Assembly (NCBI GenBank): GCA_964465915.1
Contig: CAYXMJ010000002.1
Location: 1-45,232, forward strand
Source of the DNA: an uncultured Acidimicrobiaceae bacterium
Lineage (GTDB): Bacteria; Actinomycetota; Acidimicrobiia; Spongiisociales; UBA5794
DNA: 45,232 bases
Direction: 5' to 3'
The notes under the pieces are model-generated. The model made no database searches. It saw only the letters and a list, made by a program, of their open reading frames with translations, and was not told where the DNA came from. The translations under genes were made by a program, and so were the position numbers. Of the stretch, positions 17,715 to 26,905 are shown in pieces. How positions within the stretch are numbered: the stretch's first letter is position 1; every line of letters begins with the position of its first letter.

Positions 17715-18983
17715 ATGAGGACCAGCCAACTGATGGATCACATCCTTTACCTCGAATGCATGGTCTGCGGCAAGCAGTACGACGCCGAAGATGTCGAGTA
17801 CGTGTGTCCCGACCACGGCATAGATGGCGTACTCGACGTCATCTACGAGTACGACCGGATCGCGGCGAGCTTCCCCCGGCAACACCTCGCCGCCGACTTC
17901 GACCACAACATGTGGCGCTACCGGCCGCTGCTGCCGATCGAGGCCCACGCCGCGGTCCCGCGCCTGCATGTTGGGTGGACCCCGATGTGGCGGGTGTCGA
18001 ACGCCGGCGACCCGTATGGGCTCCACGACCTGTGGGTCAAAGATGACGGGCGTAACCCGACGGGTTCGCTGAAGGACCGGGCCAGCGCAATGGCGATCGC
18101 CAAAGCGAGGGAGGCCGGAGCCGCGGTGGTGACAACGGCCAGCACCGGAAACGCCGCTGCCGCGCTGGCGGGGCTGGCCGCCGCCGAGGGGATGCCGGTG
18201 GTGATCTTCGTGCCGCGCAGTGCGCCTGAGGCCAAGATTGCACAGCTTCTGGCCTACGGAGCCAGGGTGTTTCTGGTCGACGGCAGCTACGACGATGCCT
18301 TCTCGTTGTGTGTCGAAGCTTCGAAGCGTTTCGGCTGGTACAACCGCAATACCGGATACAACCCCTACATGAGCGAAGGGAAGAAGACCGCCGCCTTCGA
18401 GATCGCCGAACAACTCAACTGGGAGGTGCCCGACGCCGTCATCGTCAGCGTCGGAGACGGTTGCATCATCGGCGGGCTCTACAAGGGATTCCACGATCTC
18501 AACGCGCTCGGCTGGATCGAGAAGATGCCGCGCCTCATCGGTGTGCAGGCGAGCGGGTCCAACTTTCTCGAGGACGCCTGGGAGCGCGGCGAGGACGTGC
18601 TGACCAAGGCGCCGATTGCCGCTTCGAGTGTCGCCGACAGCATCGTCGCCGGCCTTCCGGCCGACCGTCTCAAGGCGATGCGAGCGGTGAAGTTCACCGA
18701 GGGTGGCTTTGTCGAGGTTTCGGACGACGAGATCCTCGCTGCCATCCCCGCGATGGCTCGCCAGACCGGCGTGTTTGCCGAACCGGCGGCCGCCGCAGCG
18801 TACGCAGGGCTGGTCGGTGCCATTGCCGAGGACCTGCTGGCGCCCGAGGACCGGGTTGTCATCCTCAGCACGGGAACCGGTCTGAAGGACGCTCCGGCCG
18901 CCATGCGGGGGGTCGCCTCCGTTGGCATCGAGGGCACGGTGATCGAACCGACGCTCGAGGCCGTTGAGAAGGCGATGAGCTAG
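17715..18983 (+). CDS. threonine synthase family PLP-dependent enzyme with N-terminal zinc-ribbon
   Basis: N-terminal CMVCG...CPDHG ribbon, PLP-lysine motif NPTGSLKDRAS, and a Gly-rich PLP phosphate loop VSVGDGCIIGG. 422 aa, typical for short-type ThrC. Confidence 0.8.
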   Translation: MRTSQLMDHILYLECMVCGKQYDAEDVEYVCPDHGIDGVLDVIYEYDRIAASFPRQHLAADFDHNMWRYRPLLPIEAHAAVPRLHVGWTPMWRVSNAGDPYGLHDLWVKDDGRNPTGSLKDRASAMAIAKAREAGAAVVTTASTGNAAAALAGLAAAEGMPVVIFVPRSAPEAKIAQLLAYGARVFLVDGSYDDAFSLCVEASKRFGWYNRNTGYNPYMSEGKKTAAFEIAEQLNWEVPDAVIVSVGDGCIIGGLYKGFHDLNALGWIEKMPRLIGVQASGSNFLEDAWERGEDVLTKAPIAASSVADSIVAGLPADRLKAMRAVKFTEGGFVEVSDDEILAAIPAMARQTGVFAEPAAAAAYAGLVGAIAEDLLAPEDRVVILSTGTGLKDAPAAMRGVASVGIEGTVIEPTLEAVEKAMS

Positions 18984-20422
18984 CCCTCGTCCTCCGGGAT
19001 GACGACGGTATAGCAGGGGCCGTCGAAGCGGTATTCGGCCGCGACCGGCGATGCATCGAAGTCGGCGACAAGGTCGTAAGGGGAAACCGCGCCCTCGGCC
19101 AGGGTCGCGGTGAGGCCACCCTGTTGGTCGAAGGTGTCTTTGTTTGGTCGGTAGAGAGCCGTGGCTCGCGTCGCCGCATCGTTGGGATTGTCGGCGAACA
19201 CGGTCGGTGGGCTGATGCCGGCAAAAACCAGTTCTCCGAGATCGGTGCGGGCCGCCAGCATACCCTCGGGGGTTAGGTCTCCCAGTTCGGCGGCGCGTTC
19301 GAGGATCTGTTTGGCTGCCGCGAACCCGAGGTAGCCCTTGACCAGGGCGTCGCTCGGATACCGGTCGGGGTAGGCATCGGCGAGAGCCGCATAGACGCCG
19401 GGCATACCTGCAACCTCGGCGCCCATGGGCGACAGGAGGGCAGAATGCAACCAGTTCTCCGCCAGGTAATCCCCGAGCTCGGTGGCGAGCAATCGTGGGC
19501 TGAACGATGGCGCGGCACCGGACCAGGCTCCGGCATACCCTTCGGTGAGCGCCGCCGCAACAATCTCGGCCGCTGAGGCCGGGTCGGTGGCGAGCCACGT
19601 CCAGTCGGCTCCAATTCCGGCAATCTCGCCGCCAATGGCGCTGTTGTCCCGGACCGGGTCGATGGTTCCGCCGCCGTCGAAGCGAACCTCGAGACCGAGC
19701 TCCTCGGCCAGGATGCGAGCTCCCGTGGCGGAGTCCTCTCCATACACGGTGCCGTCGGTGGCGATCGCCAGGATCGGCAGCGCCCCAGTCTGCTCTTGGT
19801 GTGCGATGGCGATGGCGTTCAACCCATTCATGGCCTCGATGCAATAGCTGCTGCCGGTTGCGATCACGTTGGCGCCGATACCGGGATCCGCCCAGCCCGA
19901 GTACGAGCCGGCGGCGACGGCGAGCCGAGTATCGGCGACGAGATCGTCAGCGATGGCGGCAGTGTTCTGCGATCCCACGGTGTGCGAGAAGAGCACCACC
20001 CGACTCTTCAGCCGCTCGTAGGCCGCTTGGTGGGCGGCAAGGTCAGAGCCGGTGTCGGCGATGAGGAGCTCGACTTGGCGACCCGCAATGCCCCCGGTTT
20101 CGTTGAGGTCACTCCAGAAGACGAGCTGGGCATCCACCAAGTCGACATCGTTGCTCGACAGTGGGCCGCTCAGATCCGCCAGGAGCCCTACGTAGATGGT
20201 GTCGGCGGTGACGGTGTCACCGTCGGTCTCGATGCCGTCGTCAACCGCGGCGGTCGTGGTTGTTGTGGCCGGGGCCGCGGTCGTGGCGGTTGTGGCCGTC
20301 CTCGTTGCCGTGGTGCTGGTTGTTGGCGTGTTCACAGAGTCCGATTGATCGGAGCCACTGCAGCCGGCAGTTGCGAGCGCGAGCACGACGGCCAGACTCA
20401 CTCCTCCCAGCAGCCGGCTCAC
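18980..20422 (-). CDS. ABC transporter substrate-binding lipoprotein, type-1 periplasmic binding fold (branched-chain amino acid / LivJ-like)
   Basis: Lipoprotein signal MSRLLGGVSLAVVLALATAGC and a Thr-rich linker, followed by about 400 aa with LivJ-like features (IYVGLLADLSGP, GGIAGRQVEL). The GTG start overlaps the upstream stop (GTGA). Confidence 0.75.
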   Translation of the reverse strand: MSRLLGGVSLAVVLALATAGCSGSDQSDSVNTPTTSTTATRTATTATTAAPATTTTTAAVDDGIETDGDTVTADTIYVGLLADLSGPLSSNDVDLVDAQLVFWSDLNETGGIAGRQVELLIADTGSDLAAHQAAYERLKSRVVLFSHTVGSQNTAAIADDLVADTRLAVAAGSYSGWADPGIGANVIATGSSYCIEAMNGLNAIAIAHQEQTGALPILAIATDGTVYGEDSATGARILAEELGLEVRFDGGGTIDPVRDNSAIGGEIAGIGADWTWLATDPASAAEIVAAALTEGYAGAWSGAAPSFSPRLLATELGDYLAENWLHSALLSPMGAEVAGMPGVYAALADAYPDRYPSDALVKGYLGFAAAKQILERAAELGDLTPEGMLAARTDLGELVFAGISPPTVFADNPNDAATRATALYRPNKDTFDQQGGLTATLAEGAVSPYDLVADFDASPVAAEYRFDGPCYTVVIPEDEG

Positions 20423-22026
20423 GGAGCCACCTCCATTACGACCCGAACGCCGGTTTCGGGTCCGGAGGCGGCGATCAGTCGTGTCGCCGGAATGCCGTCG
20501 CCGACCAGATACAACACGACCGCGCTGGCTCGTTCCAGGGCCAGGGTTTCATTGATCGCGGCGTCACCAGCCGGATCGGGATGGCCGGTGACGATGACTC
20601 GCAAGCCGGGGTTGTCGGCGATGATGGCGGCCGCCTGATCAAGCACGAGCTCGTCCTCGGGTGTGAGCGCAGTGTTCCCGGCAGCAAAGACGATCGGCGT
20701 GGCTTCAAAGAGCGCGTCGAGGTCTCGGCTGAGCTTGGCGGCTTCGCCGCTCAGTTGGAGCCGAGTCCTCACGGCGTTGATCCCGTTGATGGCCAACAAC
20801 GCTTCTCGCAGCGGCGCGGTGTACGCGAAGTACCCGCCGTCGAGGTCTTCGATCGGGACGACCCCGGTGATGGTCGCCGTCCCATCGATCACAGTGACAC
20901 CGAGGTGGCCGAACCCGGTGTCGTCCCTGGCTTGCTCGGCAGCAGCGGGTATTTCGGCCGGATCGAACGGTGGTGGGGGCTCTACGACGAGACGATTGTC
21001 GACTGCGCTCACCCTTGGGACTGAGGCGACTGCGTCAGCCGCTGTGGCCCTTGCCTCCTCTGAATCGACCGACCCGGTGAGTACGGCAGTCCCCTCGTCG
21101 ATGGTGACGGTGACATCCGATATGGCGCTGTCGATCAGGGCCTGGGTTGCTGCGGCTTGGGTGTCCGCAGGCTGATTGTCCGTCGGCAGAGGCCCCGCAT
21201 CGCTCGCAGCGGTGGTTGGTGGTGTCTGCTCAGTGGGCGCCTCGTCGGGTGCGGCATCGTCGCCGCTGCCCTGGAACCACCACGCGACTCCCGTGGCAAT
21301 CGCGAGGAGGACTACGACGATGAGCACGCGAACCATGATCTTGCGGCGGGGATGCGGATCGGCGACCGGACGCATGCGGCTGCGCAACTGGGCGCCAAGC
21401 GTCTGGGGATCAGAAAGGTCGCGACCAGCGGTTGCCGACGGAGTGGGGCTCGACCGCGGTGCCCGGACGGGTTCGGCGGGCGGTGCGGTTTCATCCCACG
21501 CGTCGAGGTCTGCGTCGTCGGCAACCGATCCAACGGCCGCGGTGTCTTCGGCGGTCGGCGAGTCCTTCTCAGGCATGTGCGGAGCTTCCGGCTCCGGTGC
21601 CGCGGGTTGAACGGGTGCCTCCGTGGTGGGCTGCGGTTGGCGGTCGACACTCGGCGGCGGGGCGTGGAATCGGCTCTCGCTCATCTCTTCCGGCGCAGGG
21701 TCGCTCCCGGCGTCGGGCGCGGCATCGGAAGTGGCTGTTTCCTGCTGCTCAGAGGTGACGGCGACGTCCTCGGTGGAGAGTTCGTCGACATCCGCGGCCG
21801 GTGTAGCGGGTGCCACCGCCGGGGTCGGATCGGCGTCTGGCTCGGCTGCTTCCGGTTCGGTCAGTATCGACTGGGTGCGTTCGAGCGACTCTTGCGTGGC
21901 GGCCTCGATACGCGAAGCGAGTTCGTCGAAGCGCGCCCGAAGCGACTCGAGGTAGTCGGACGGCGCGGCTTCGTCTGCCTCCCCGTCGGTGTGGGTGCTG
22001 TCGGGGTCCCCGACCTGCTCCTCCAA
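20419..22026 (-). CDS. BON-domain / OmpA-like peptidoglycan-binding protein with long acidic N-terminal region
   Basis: C-terminal OmpA-like domain (FAAGNTALTPEDELVLDQAAAIIADNPGLRVIVTGHPDPAGDAAINETLALERASAVVLYL). Two BON-like segments (VTVTIDEGTAVLTGSVDSEEA...VDNRLVV; VTVIDGTATITGVVP). One TM (VRVLIVVVLLAIATGVAWWF). The start is uncertain. GC3 is low before, and high after, a TTG at 22026 preceded by GAAGGGA; the longest ORF reaches 22143. Confidence 0.7.
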   Translation of the reverse strand: MEEQVGDPDSTHTDGEADEAAPSDYLESLRARFDELASRIEAATQESLERTQSILTEPEAAEPDADPTPAVAPATPAADVDELSTEDVAVTSEQQETATSDAAPDAGSDPAPEEMSESRFHAPPPSVDRQPQPTTEAPVQPAAPEPEAPHMPEKDSPTAEDTAAVGSVADDADLDAWDETAPPAEPVRAPRSSPTPSATAGRDLSDPQTLGAQLRSRMRPVADPHPRRKIMVRVLIVVVLLAIATGVAWWFQGSGDDAAPDEAPTEQTPPTTAASDAGPLPTDNQPADTQAAATQALIDSAISDVTVTIDEGTAVLTGSVDSEEARATAADAVASVPRVSAVDNRLVVEPPPPFDPAEIPAAAEQARDDTGFGHLGVTVIDGTATITGVVPIEDLDGGYFAYTAPLREALLAINGINAVRTRLQLSGEAAKLSRDLDALFEATPIVFAAGNTALTPEDELVLDQAAAIIADNPGLRVIVTGHPDPAGDAAINETLALERASAVVLYLVGDGIPATRLIAASGPETGVRVVMEVAP

Positions 22027-22118
22027 TGCGTTGTCCCTTCGCCGCGCCGCACGTACGCGCCATCGTAGGCACAAGGATCGGCAAGAGGAGTGGGCACCTT
22101 GAGAGTGCCGCATCCGGC

Positions 22119-23915
22119 TCAGTGGTCGTAGTCGCCGGCCCACAGGTGGCGGAATTCGTCGTTCGATTCCAGGAGCGTGGGAACATCACCGATTGCGTCG
22201 ATTCGCCCGTCCTTGAGCACCACGATCTGGTCCGCCCGCTTCAGGGCGGGATGGCGGTGTGAGACCACCAGTGCGGTCGCCTCGGCCTGGTCGGTGAAGA
22301 GACGTTCCCAAAGGGTGCGTTCTGTGTCGACGTCGAGGGCGCTCGACAGGTCGTCGAAGATCAACAGCTCCGGCCGACGGACGAACATCCTGGCCGCCGC
22401 CGTTCGTTGGACCTGCCCGCCGGAGAGTCGCATACCGAGGGGGCCCACCATGGTGGCGAGTCCGTCCGGCATGGTTTCCAGGTCGCGCTCGAGCGCAGCC
22501 GAGCGGATGGCGCCGGCCACGGCCGCGGGGTCATCCGGCAACCCGAGGAGCAGGTTGTCTTCCAGGCTCATCGAGAACAGGGAGGGCACTTGGGGCGTAT
22601 AGGCAGATCGGGGAGGAACGAAGAACTCGTCGGCGCGATCGACCGGAACCCCGTTCCAACTGATGACACCTCGCTGCGGCGGGACCAGCCCCATCAGGGC
22701 GCGCAGCAGCGTTGTCTTGCCGGATCCGATTCGCCCGGTTACCACCGTGAAACTGCCGCGCTCGATGGTCAGGTCGATCTCGTCGATGCCGGCGTCGCTG
22801 TTCGGGTAGTGGAAGGTGAGGTCACGGACCACGAGGCGATCCAGGCGATCGGCCGCGGTGCGCTGAGGAGTGGCCTGGGGTGAGACGTCGCCGTCGAGAC
22901 CGAGCCCGTGCTTTTGGGTCAGGTCGCGCCAGGTTCCGCCTCTCATCAGTTCGACCATCCGATCTACCGATACGCCCGCCTGGCGGAAGCGCGCCAGGAA
23001 CAGACCGACGAAGAACACGGAGTAGGAGACGAAGTCGAGGAAATACACGAACAGGGCAAACTGGCCGACGGTCATCTCCCCGTTGCCCATGGCTTCCGCA
23101 GAGAGGATCAGGATCAGCCCGGTGCCGATGTTCAGCGTGTTCCAGAACACCGACTCGAGCGAAGCCGTCAGAACCCGATCACGCACCATGGCATGACGCC
23201 GCTCGTCGTTGAGCCCGGCGAAGTGGTGGATGACGCTGCGTTCTGCCCCGGCGACCTTGATCGACTGCACCGAACCGAACATCTCGCCGATAACGCTTGT
23301 GATCCTTCCGGTGGCTTCGCGGGCCGCGACTCGGTAACGCCGGATACGGGTACCCGCCCGCTCTGCGATCACGATCACGATGACGAGCGGCGTGAACACG
23401 AGCAGGGTCATCCTCACATCGATGGTCAACAGGATGGTCAAGGCAATGACGGCGAAGACCGCAGAGCCGATCATGTCTACCGTCCAGGTGACGGCTTCCT
23501 CAGTGTGCTCAACGTCCTCGCGGAAGCGGGTGATGGTTTCGCCCGACGAATGGTCGACGGCCTGGGCCCCGGGGAGTTCGTAGATGCGCTCCAGCATGTT
23601 GCGGCGCATCAAGCTGCCGACGCGGAACACGAAGTTGGCGTCGTTCCACATGCCGATGAACATCACAACGATGCGGGCGACGCCGTAGGCGAGCAGAGCC
23701 GCAATCAACGTCGCAACGTTGAAACCCGCCGGCTCTTCCTCGAGCCCGGTGAAGAAGGCCGCGACGATGAGGCCGGGGATGATCGGCATCGTCCAGATGG
23801 CGGTCCACAGGACCACATTGGCGCCGTAGCGCCACGGGAAGGCCCGCATCAGCCGCAGCATCGCCCGGCCTGTTGGGTTGGCGGCCCGCTTGTCCGTGGG
23901 GGTCGTGGCGGTCAT
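22119..23915 (-). CDS. ABC exporter, fused permease/ATPase (heterodimer partner B)
   Basis: 598 aa with six N-terminal TM segments. Walker [10 protein letters not shown], signature LSGGQVQR, Walker [13 protein letters not shown]. The ATG overlaps the upstream stop (ATGA). Confidence 0.9.
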   Translation of the reverse strand: MTATTPTDKRAANPTGRAMLRLMRAFPWRYGANVVLWTAIWTMPIIPGLIVAAFFTGLEEEPAGFNVATLIAALLAYGVARIVVMFIGMWNDANFVFRVGSLMRRNMLERIYELPGAQAVDHSSGETITRFREDVEHTEEAVTWTVDMIGSAVFAVIALTILLTIDVRMTLLVFTPLVIVIVIAERAGTRIRRYRVAAREATGRITSVIGEMFGSVQSIKVAGAERSVIHHFAGLNDERRHAMVRDRVLTASLESVFWNTLNIGTGLILILSAEAMGNGEMTVGQFALFVYFLDFVSYSVFFVGLFLARFRQAGVSVDRMVELMRGGTWRDLTQKHGLGLDGDVSPQATPQRTAADRLDRLVVRDLTFHYPNSDAGIDEIDLTIERGSFTVVTGRIGSGKTTLLRALMGLVPPQRGVISWNGVPVDRADEFFVPPRSAYTPQVPSLFSMSLEDNLLLGLPDDPAAVAGAIRSAALERDLETMPDGLATMVGPLGMRLSGGQVQRTAAARMFVRRPELLIFDDLSSALDVDTERTLWERLFTDQAEATALVVSHRHPALKRADQIVVLKDGRIDAIGDVPTLLESNDEFRHLWAGDYDH

Positions 23916-25666
23916 GCGAGCACCTCCTCCATCCCGGTCGCCAACAGCTGCGAGAAATGTGACTCAGGGTTGCGCACCAACTCGACTCGGGGGCCAAATT
24001 CGATGATGTGGCCGTCTTCGATGATGAGGATGTCGTCGGCGCGGGACACTGTGGCCAGCCGGTGGGCGATGATGAACCCGGTGCGGTCGGTCAGCAGCTT
24101 GCCGACGGCGCGCTCGATCATGGCCTCGGTTGCCGGATCGAGGCGGGAGGAAGCCTCATCGAGAATCACCAGCCCCGGGTTCTTCAGGAAGATGCGGGTG
24201 AAGGCCAGCAGCTGGGCCTGGCCGGCGGAGAGGCCGCCGCCACCGGCGCCGAGGTCGGTGTCGAGACCCGCGCTGAGCGAGTCGAGCCACGGGGTCAGTT
24301 CGAGTTCGTCGATCACGGCCAGGAGCTGGTCGTCGCTCACCGACTCATCGAAGAAGGTGAGGTTGTCCCGCACCGAGGCACGGAAGAGTTGAACATCCTG
24401 GGTGACCATCCCGACGTGGTGGCGGAGGTCGGCGACGTCCGCCTCTGGGGCGGCGACTCCGCCGAGGCGAACCACGCCCTCCTGCGGGTCGTAGAGCCGG
24501 GTCAGCAGGCGAGCCAGGGTGGTCTTACCGGAGCCGCTGCGGCCGAGAACGCCGACGATCCGGCCGGCTCCGATCGCACAACTGACGGCGTGGATCACGC
24601 GGTCGGCGTGCCCGTCGCCGTCGTCGTAGGCAAAAGTGACATCCTCGAACTCGATCGACAGCGGACCGGCCGGGAGCGCGACGGTTCCTGCCTTGGGCAG
24701 CGTTGAGGAGCGATCAAACAGCTCCTCGACCCTGGCGATCCCGGCACCGGCCTTTTGGAAGTCCTCCATCTGGGCCCGAATCTGCTCCATCGGGTGTCGG
24801 GTCATTTCGGTGTAGTGGAAGATCAGGTAGACGGAACCGATGGTCAAGGCGCCGTTGCTGAAGAGCACAGAGCCGAGCCAGAACACCAGTGCGGTTCCGA
24901 CGACGTACGAGCCGATGCTGGCACCCCACAACATCGAGAAGCCCATGCGGCCCCGGACTTCGGTGGGGCGCCAGGCCCGGATCGTGTTGGTGAAGCGGTG
25001 CATCATGTAGCCGACCCCGCCGTTGGCCTTGGTGTCTTCCGTTCCCCCGAGTTGTTCACCGAGGAATCCGAAGAAGGAGGCGCGTTGGGCGCGTGCCGCC
25101 GTCCACCACGGCACGGCCCTGGCCTGGGTCAGCAACATGGATGTCATCGCGACGATCGAGAACATCGTCAGGCCGAGGCCAACCCAGACGTTTTCGCGCC
25201 ACAGCAGGACCAGGATCCCGAGGATCAGCAGGAAGTTGGCCACGACCTTGATCACAAACGCCGAGAAGAAGTTGGACAACGCGGTGACGTCGCCGTCGAT
25301 CCGTTCGATCAGCTCACCGGGGGTGTGCTGCTTGTGGAACGTCATGTCGAGGTCCATGACGTGTTCGGCGAGATCCCGCCGCATCTGGTTGGTCGCCGTC
25401 CAGCCGACCTCCTCGGCGAGGTAGGTGGCCAGCACCGAGAGCCCCTGGTGGACAACGGCGATGATCATGAACCAAACGGCGTAGGGGAGTAGTTCGCTGA
25501 TCGATGCGCCTGCGACGGCGCCATCGAGGAAGCGGGCGATCAGTTGTGGGTTGAGCAGTTGCAGCGCAATGACGATGAGTAGGAGCACGGCGAGCAGCGC
25601 AACCCGGCCCCGTTGCGGGCGGAGGTAGTCAACAAGCAGTCTGAGGTAGGCGCGGACCGGGATCAT
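23912..25666 (-). CDS. ABC exporter, fused permease/ATPase (heterodimer partner A)
   Basis: Walker [10 protein letters not shown], signature LSAGQAQL, Walker [14 protein letters not shown] chose Met at 25666 ([11 protein letters not shown]); the longest ORF reaches 25705. Confidence 0.9.
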   Translation of the reverse strand: MIPVRAYLRLLVDYLRPQRGRVALLAVLLLIVIALQLLNPQLIARFLDGAVAGASISELLPYAVWFMIIAVVHQGLSVLATYLAEEVGWTATNQMRRDLAEHVMDLDMTFHKQHTPGELIERIDGDVTALSNFFSAFVIKVVANFLLILGILVLLWRENVWVGLGLTMFSIVAMTSMLLTQARAVPWWTAARAQRASFFGFLGEQLGGTEDTKANGGVGYMMHRFTNTIRAWRPTEVRGRMGFSMLWGASIGSYVVGTALVFWLGSVLFSNGALTIGSVYLIFHYTEMTRHPMEQIRAQMEDFQKAGAGIARVEELFDRSSTLPKAGTVALPAGPLSIEFEDVTFAYDDGDGHADRVIHAVSCAIGAGRIVGVLGRSGSGKTTLARLLTRLYDPQEGVVRLGGVAAPEADVADLRHHVGMVTQDVQLFRASVRDNLTFFDESVSDDQLLAVIDELELTPWLDSLSAGLDTDLGAGGGGLSAGQAQLLAFTRIFLKNPGLVILDEASSRLDPATEAMIERAVGKLLTDRTGFIIAHRLATVSRADDILIIEDGHIIEFGPRVELVRNPESHFSQLLATGMEEVLA

Positions 25667-25921
25667 GGCTGGTCTTTCGTCCAGGGAGCAAGAGAGTGCT
25701 TCCAAGGCGTACAGAAACGGAGGCGGGGATGGCCGCCGGCGATGGCTCAGTGACGCTCTACCGAGGTAGAGCTAGTTCGCCGCGAGGAGAGCCGGGCTCG
25801 CCGCGGTGTTCGGCAGTTGCCGCACCATGGGATGGCTCCTTTGATCGCTCCGACCGTTGCCGGTCCTGACAGACATTGGCCGCGACGCATGACTCTGCGT
25901 TCACGGCCTCGGACCAGCATA

Positions 25922-25973
25922 GGGTTTTGGCGGACATGAGCGCAACATCCTGCGCCATTGTCCGCCAAAACCC
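25922..25973 (-). terminator. long hairpin immediately downstream of mscS: 15-bp perfect arms GGGTTTTGGCGGACA / TGTCCGCCAAAACCC
   Basis: The arms at 25922-25936 and 25959-25973 are perfectly complementary. The 22-nt spacer contains an inner GCGCA/TGCGC pair. The right arm ends 3 nt from the mscS stop codon (25977-25979). There is no clear U-tract. Confidence 0.4.
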
Positions 25974-25976
25974 TCG

Positions 25977-26849
25977 TCAGGCGGGTTTGGGGTCGTTCCC
26001 GTCTCGGTCCTGGCGGTCACCCCACCAGAGGGTGCGCTGCGGGAAGGCAATGACGATGCCGTGTTCCTTGAGCGCGCGGTTGACGGCCCGGCCCACCTCG
26101 TCGGTGACGGTGAAGCCGGACAGGATGTTGGAGGCATGCCAGAAGCGAACCAGGAAGTCGATGGACGAGTCGGCGTACTGGATGACATACGCTTCGGCAG
26201 GCGGGTCGGCGGCGACTCCGGCGGATGCGGTCACGGCCTCCTCGAGCACACGTTTGGTCCGGTCGAGATCGGTTCCGTACTTGACGCCGACCACGAGTTC
26301 GGAGCGACGGTGCTCGTGGGCGGTCAGGGTGACGATCGGGTTCGAGAGTACCGACAGGTTGGGGATCGCGACGCGCTCGCCGCTATCGGATGTGATCACC
26401 ACCGATCGGCCGTTGATGTCCTCGACCCTCCCCGAATACTCCAGGCTGGTGATCTCGTCCCCAACCTTGAATGGAGCCCGCGTCTGGAGGATCAAGCCGG
26501 CGCTGAAGTTCTCGAGGATGACCCTCCCGGCGATCACGAGCAGCGCCAGGATCACAATGATGAAGATCACCACCGGGCCGATATCGACGCCGAGGAAGGG
26601 GAGCGCAAATACGACGCCGAGCAGTCGGATCGACCAGGTGGTTGCCGTGGTGATCAGGCTGGCGATCCGCGGCGGGATGCCCTCGAACGCCTTCAAGCCT
26701 CGGCCCAGGGCCTTCTTGGCCAGCCAGGCCACGAGGAACGCGGTGACCACCGTGAGGAAGGCCCACAGATAGTCCCAGCCCGTGACGGAGCGGGTATCGA
26801 TGAGTTCGTCGACCACACCGGGGTCGATGGTTTGTAGGGCGATAATCAC
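25977..26849 (-). CDS. small-conductance mechanosensitive channel (MscS family)
   Basis: Three TM helices followed by the MscS beta-domain motif ILENFSAGLILQTRAPFKVGDEI...GRVEDINGRSVVITSDSGERVAIPN. GTG start at 26849 with GGAG upstream. Confidence 0.85.
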   Translation of the reverse strand: MIIALQTIDPGVVDELIDTRSVTGWDYLWAFLTVVTAFLVAWLAKKALGRGLKAFEGIPPRIASLITTATTWSIRLLGVVFALPFLGVDIGPVVIFIIVILALLVIAGRVILENFSAGLILQTRAPFKVGDEITSLEYSGRVEDINGRSVVITSDSGERVAIPNLSVLSNPIVTLTAHEHRRSELVVGVKYGTDLDRTKRVLEEAVTASAGVAADPPAEAYVIQYADSSIDFLVRFWHASNILSGFTVTDEVGRAVNRALKEHGIVIAFPQRTLWWGDRQDRDGNDPKPA

Positions 26850-26905
26850 TGCCGCTCCACTGCTCGTGGCGTTGGTGGCCGATTATGCCAGGTGCGCGGC
26901 GGCTG

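Noticed and set aside
17685-19844. 719-aa minus-strand ORF.
   Set aside because: It is antisense to the threonine-synthase-family gene and out of frame with the binding-protein gene. The product is Arg/Gly/Pro-rich with no motifs, whereas the overlapped genes have clear family signatures.
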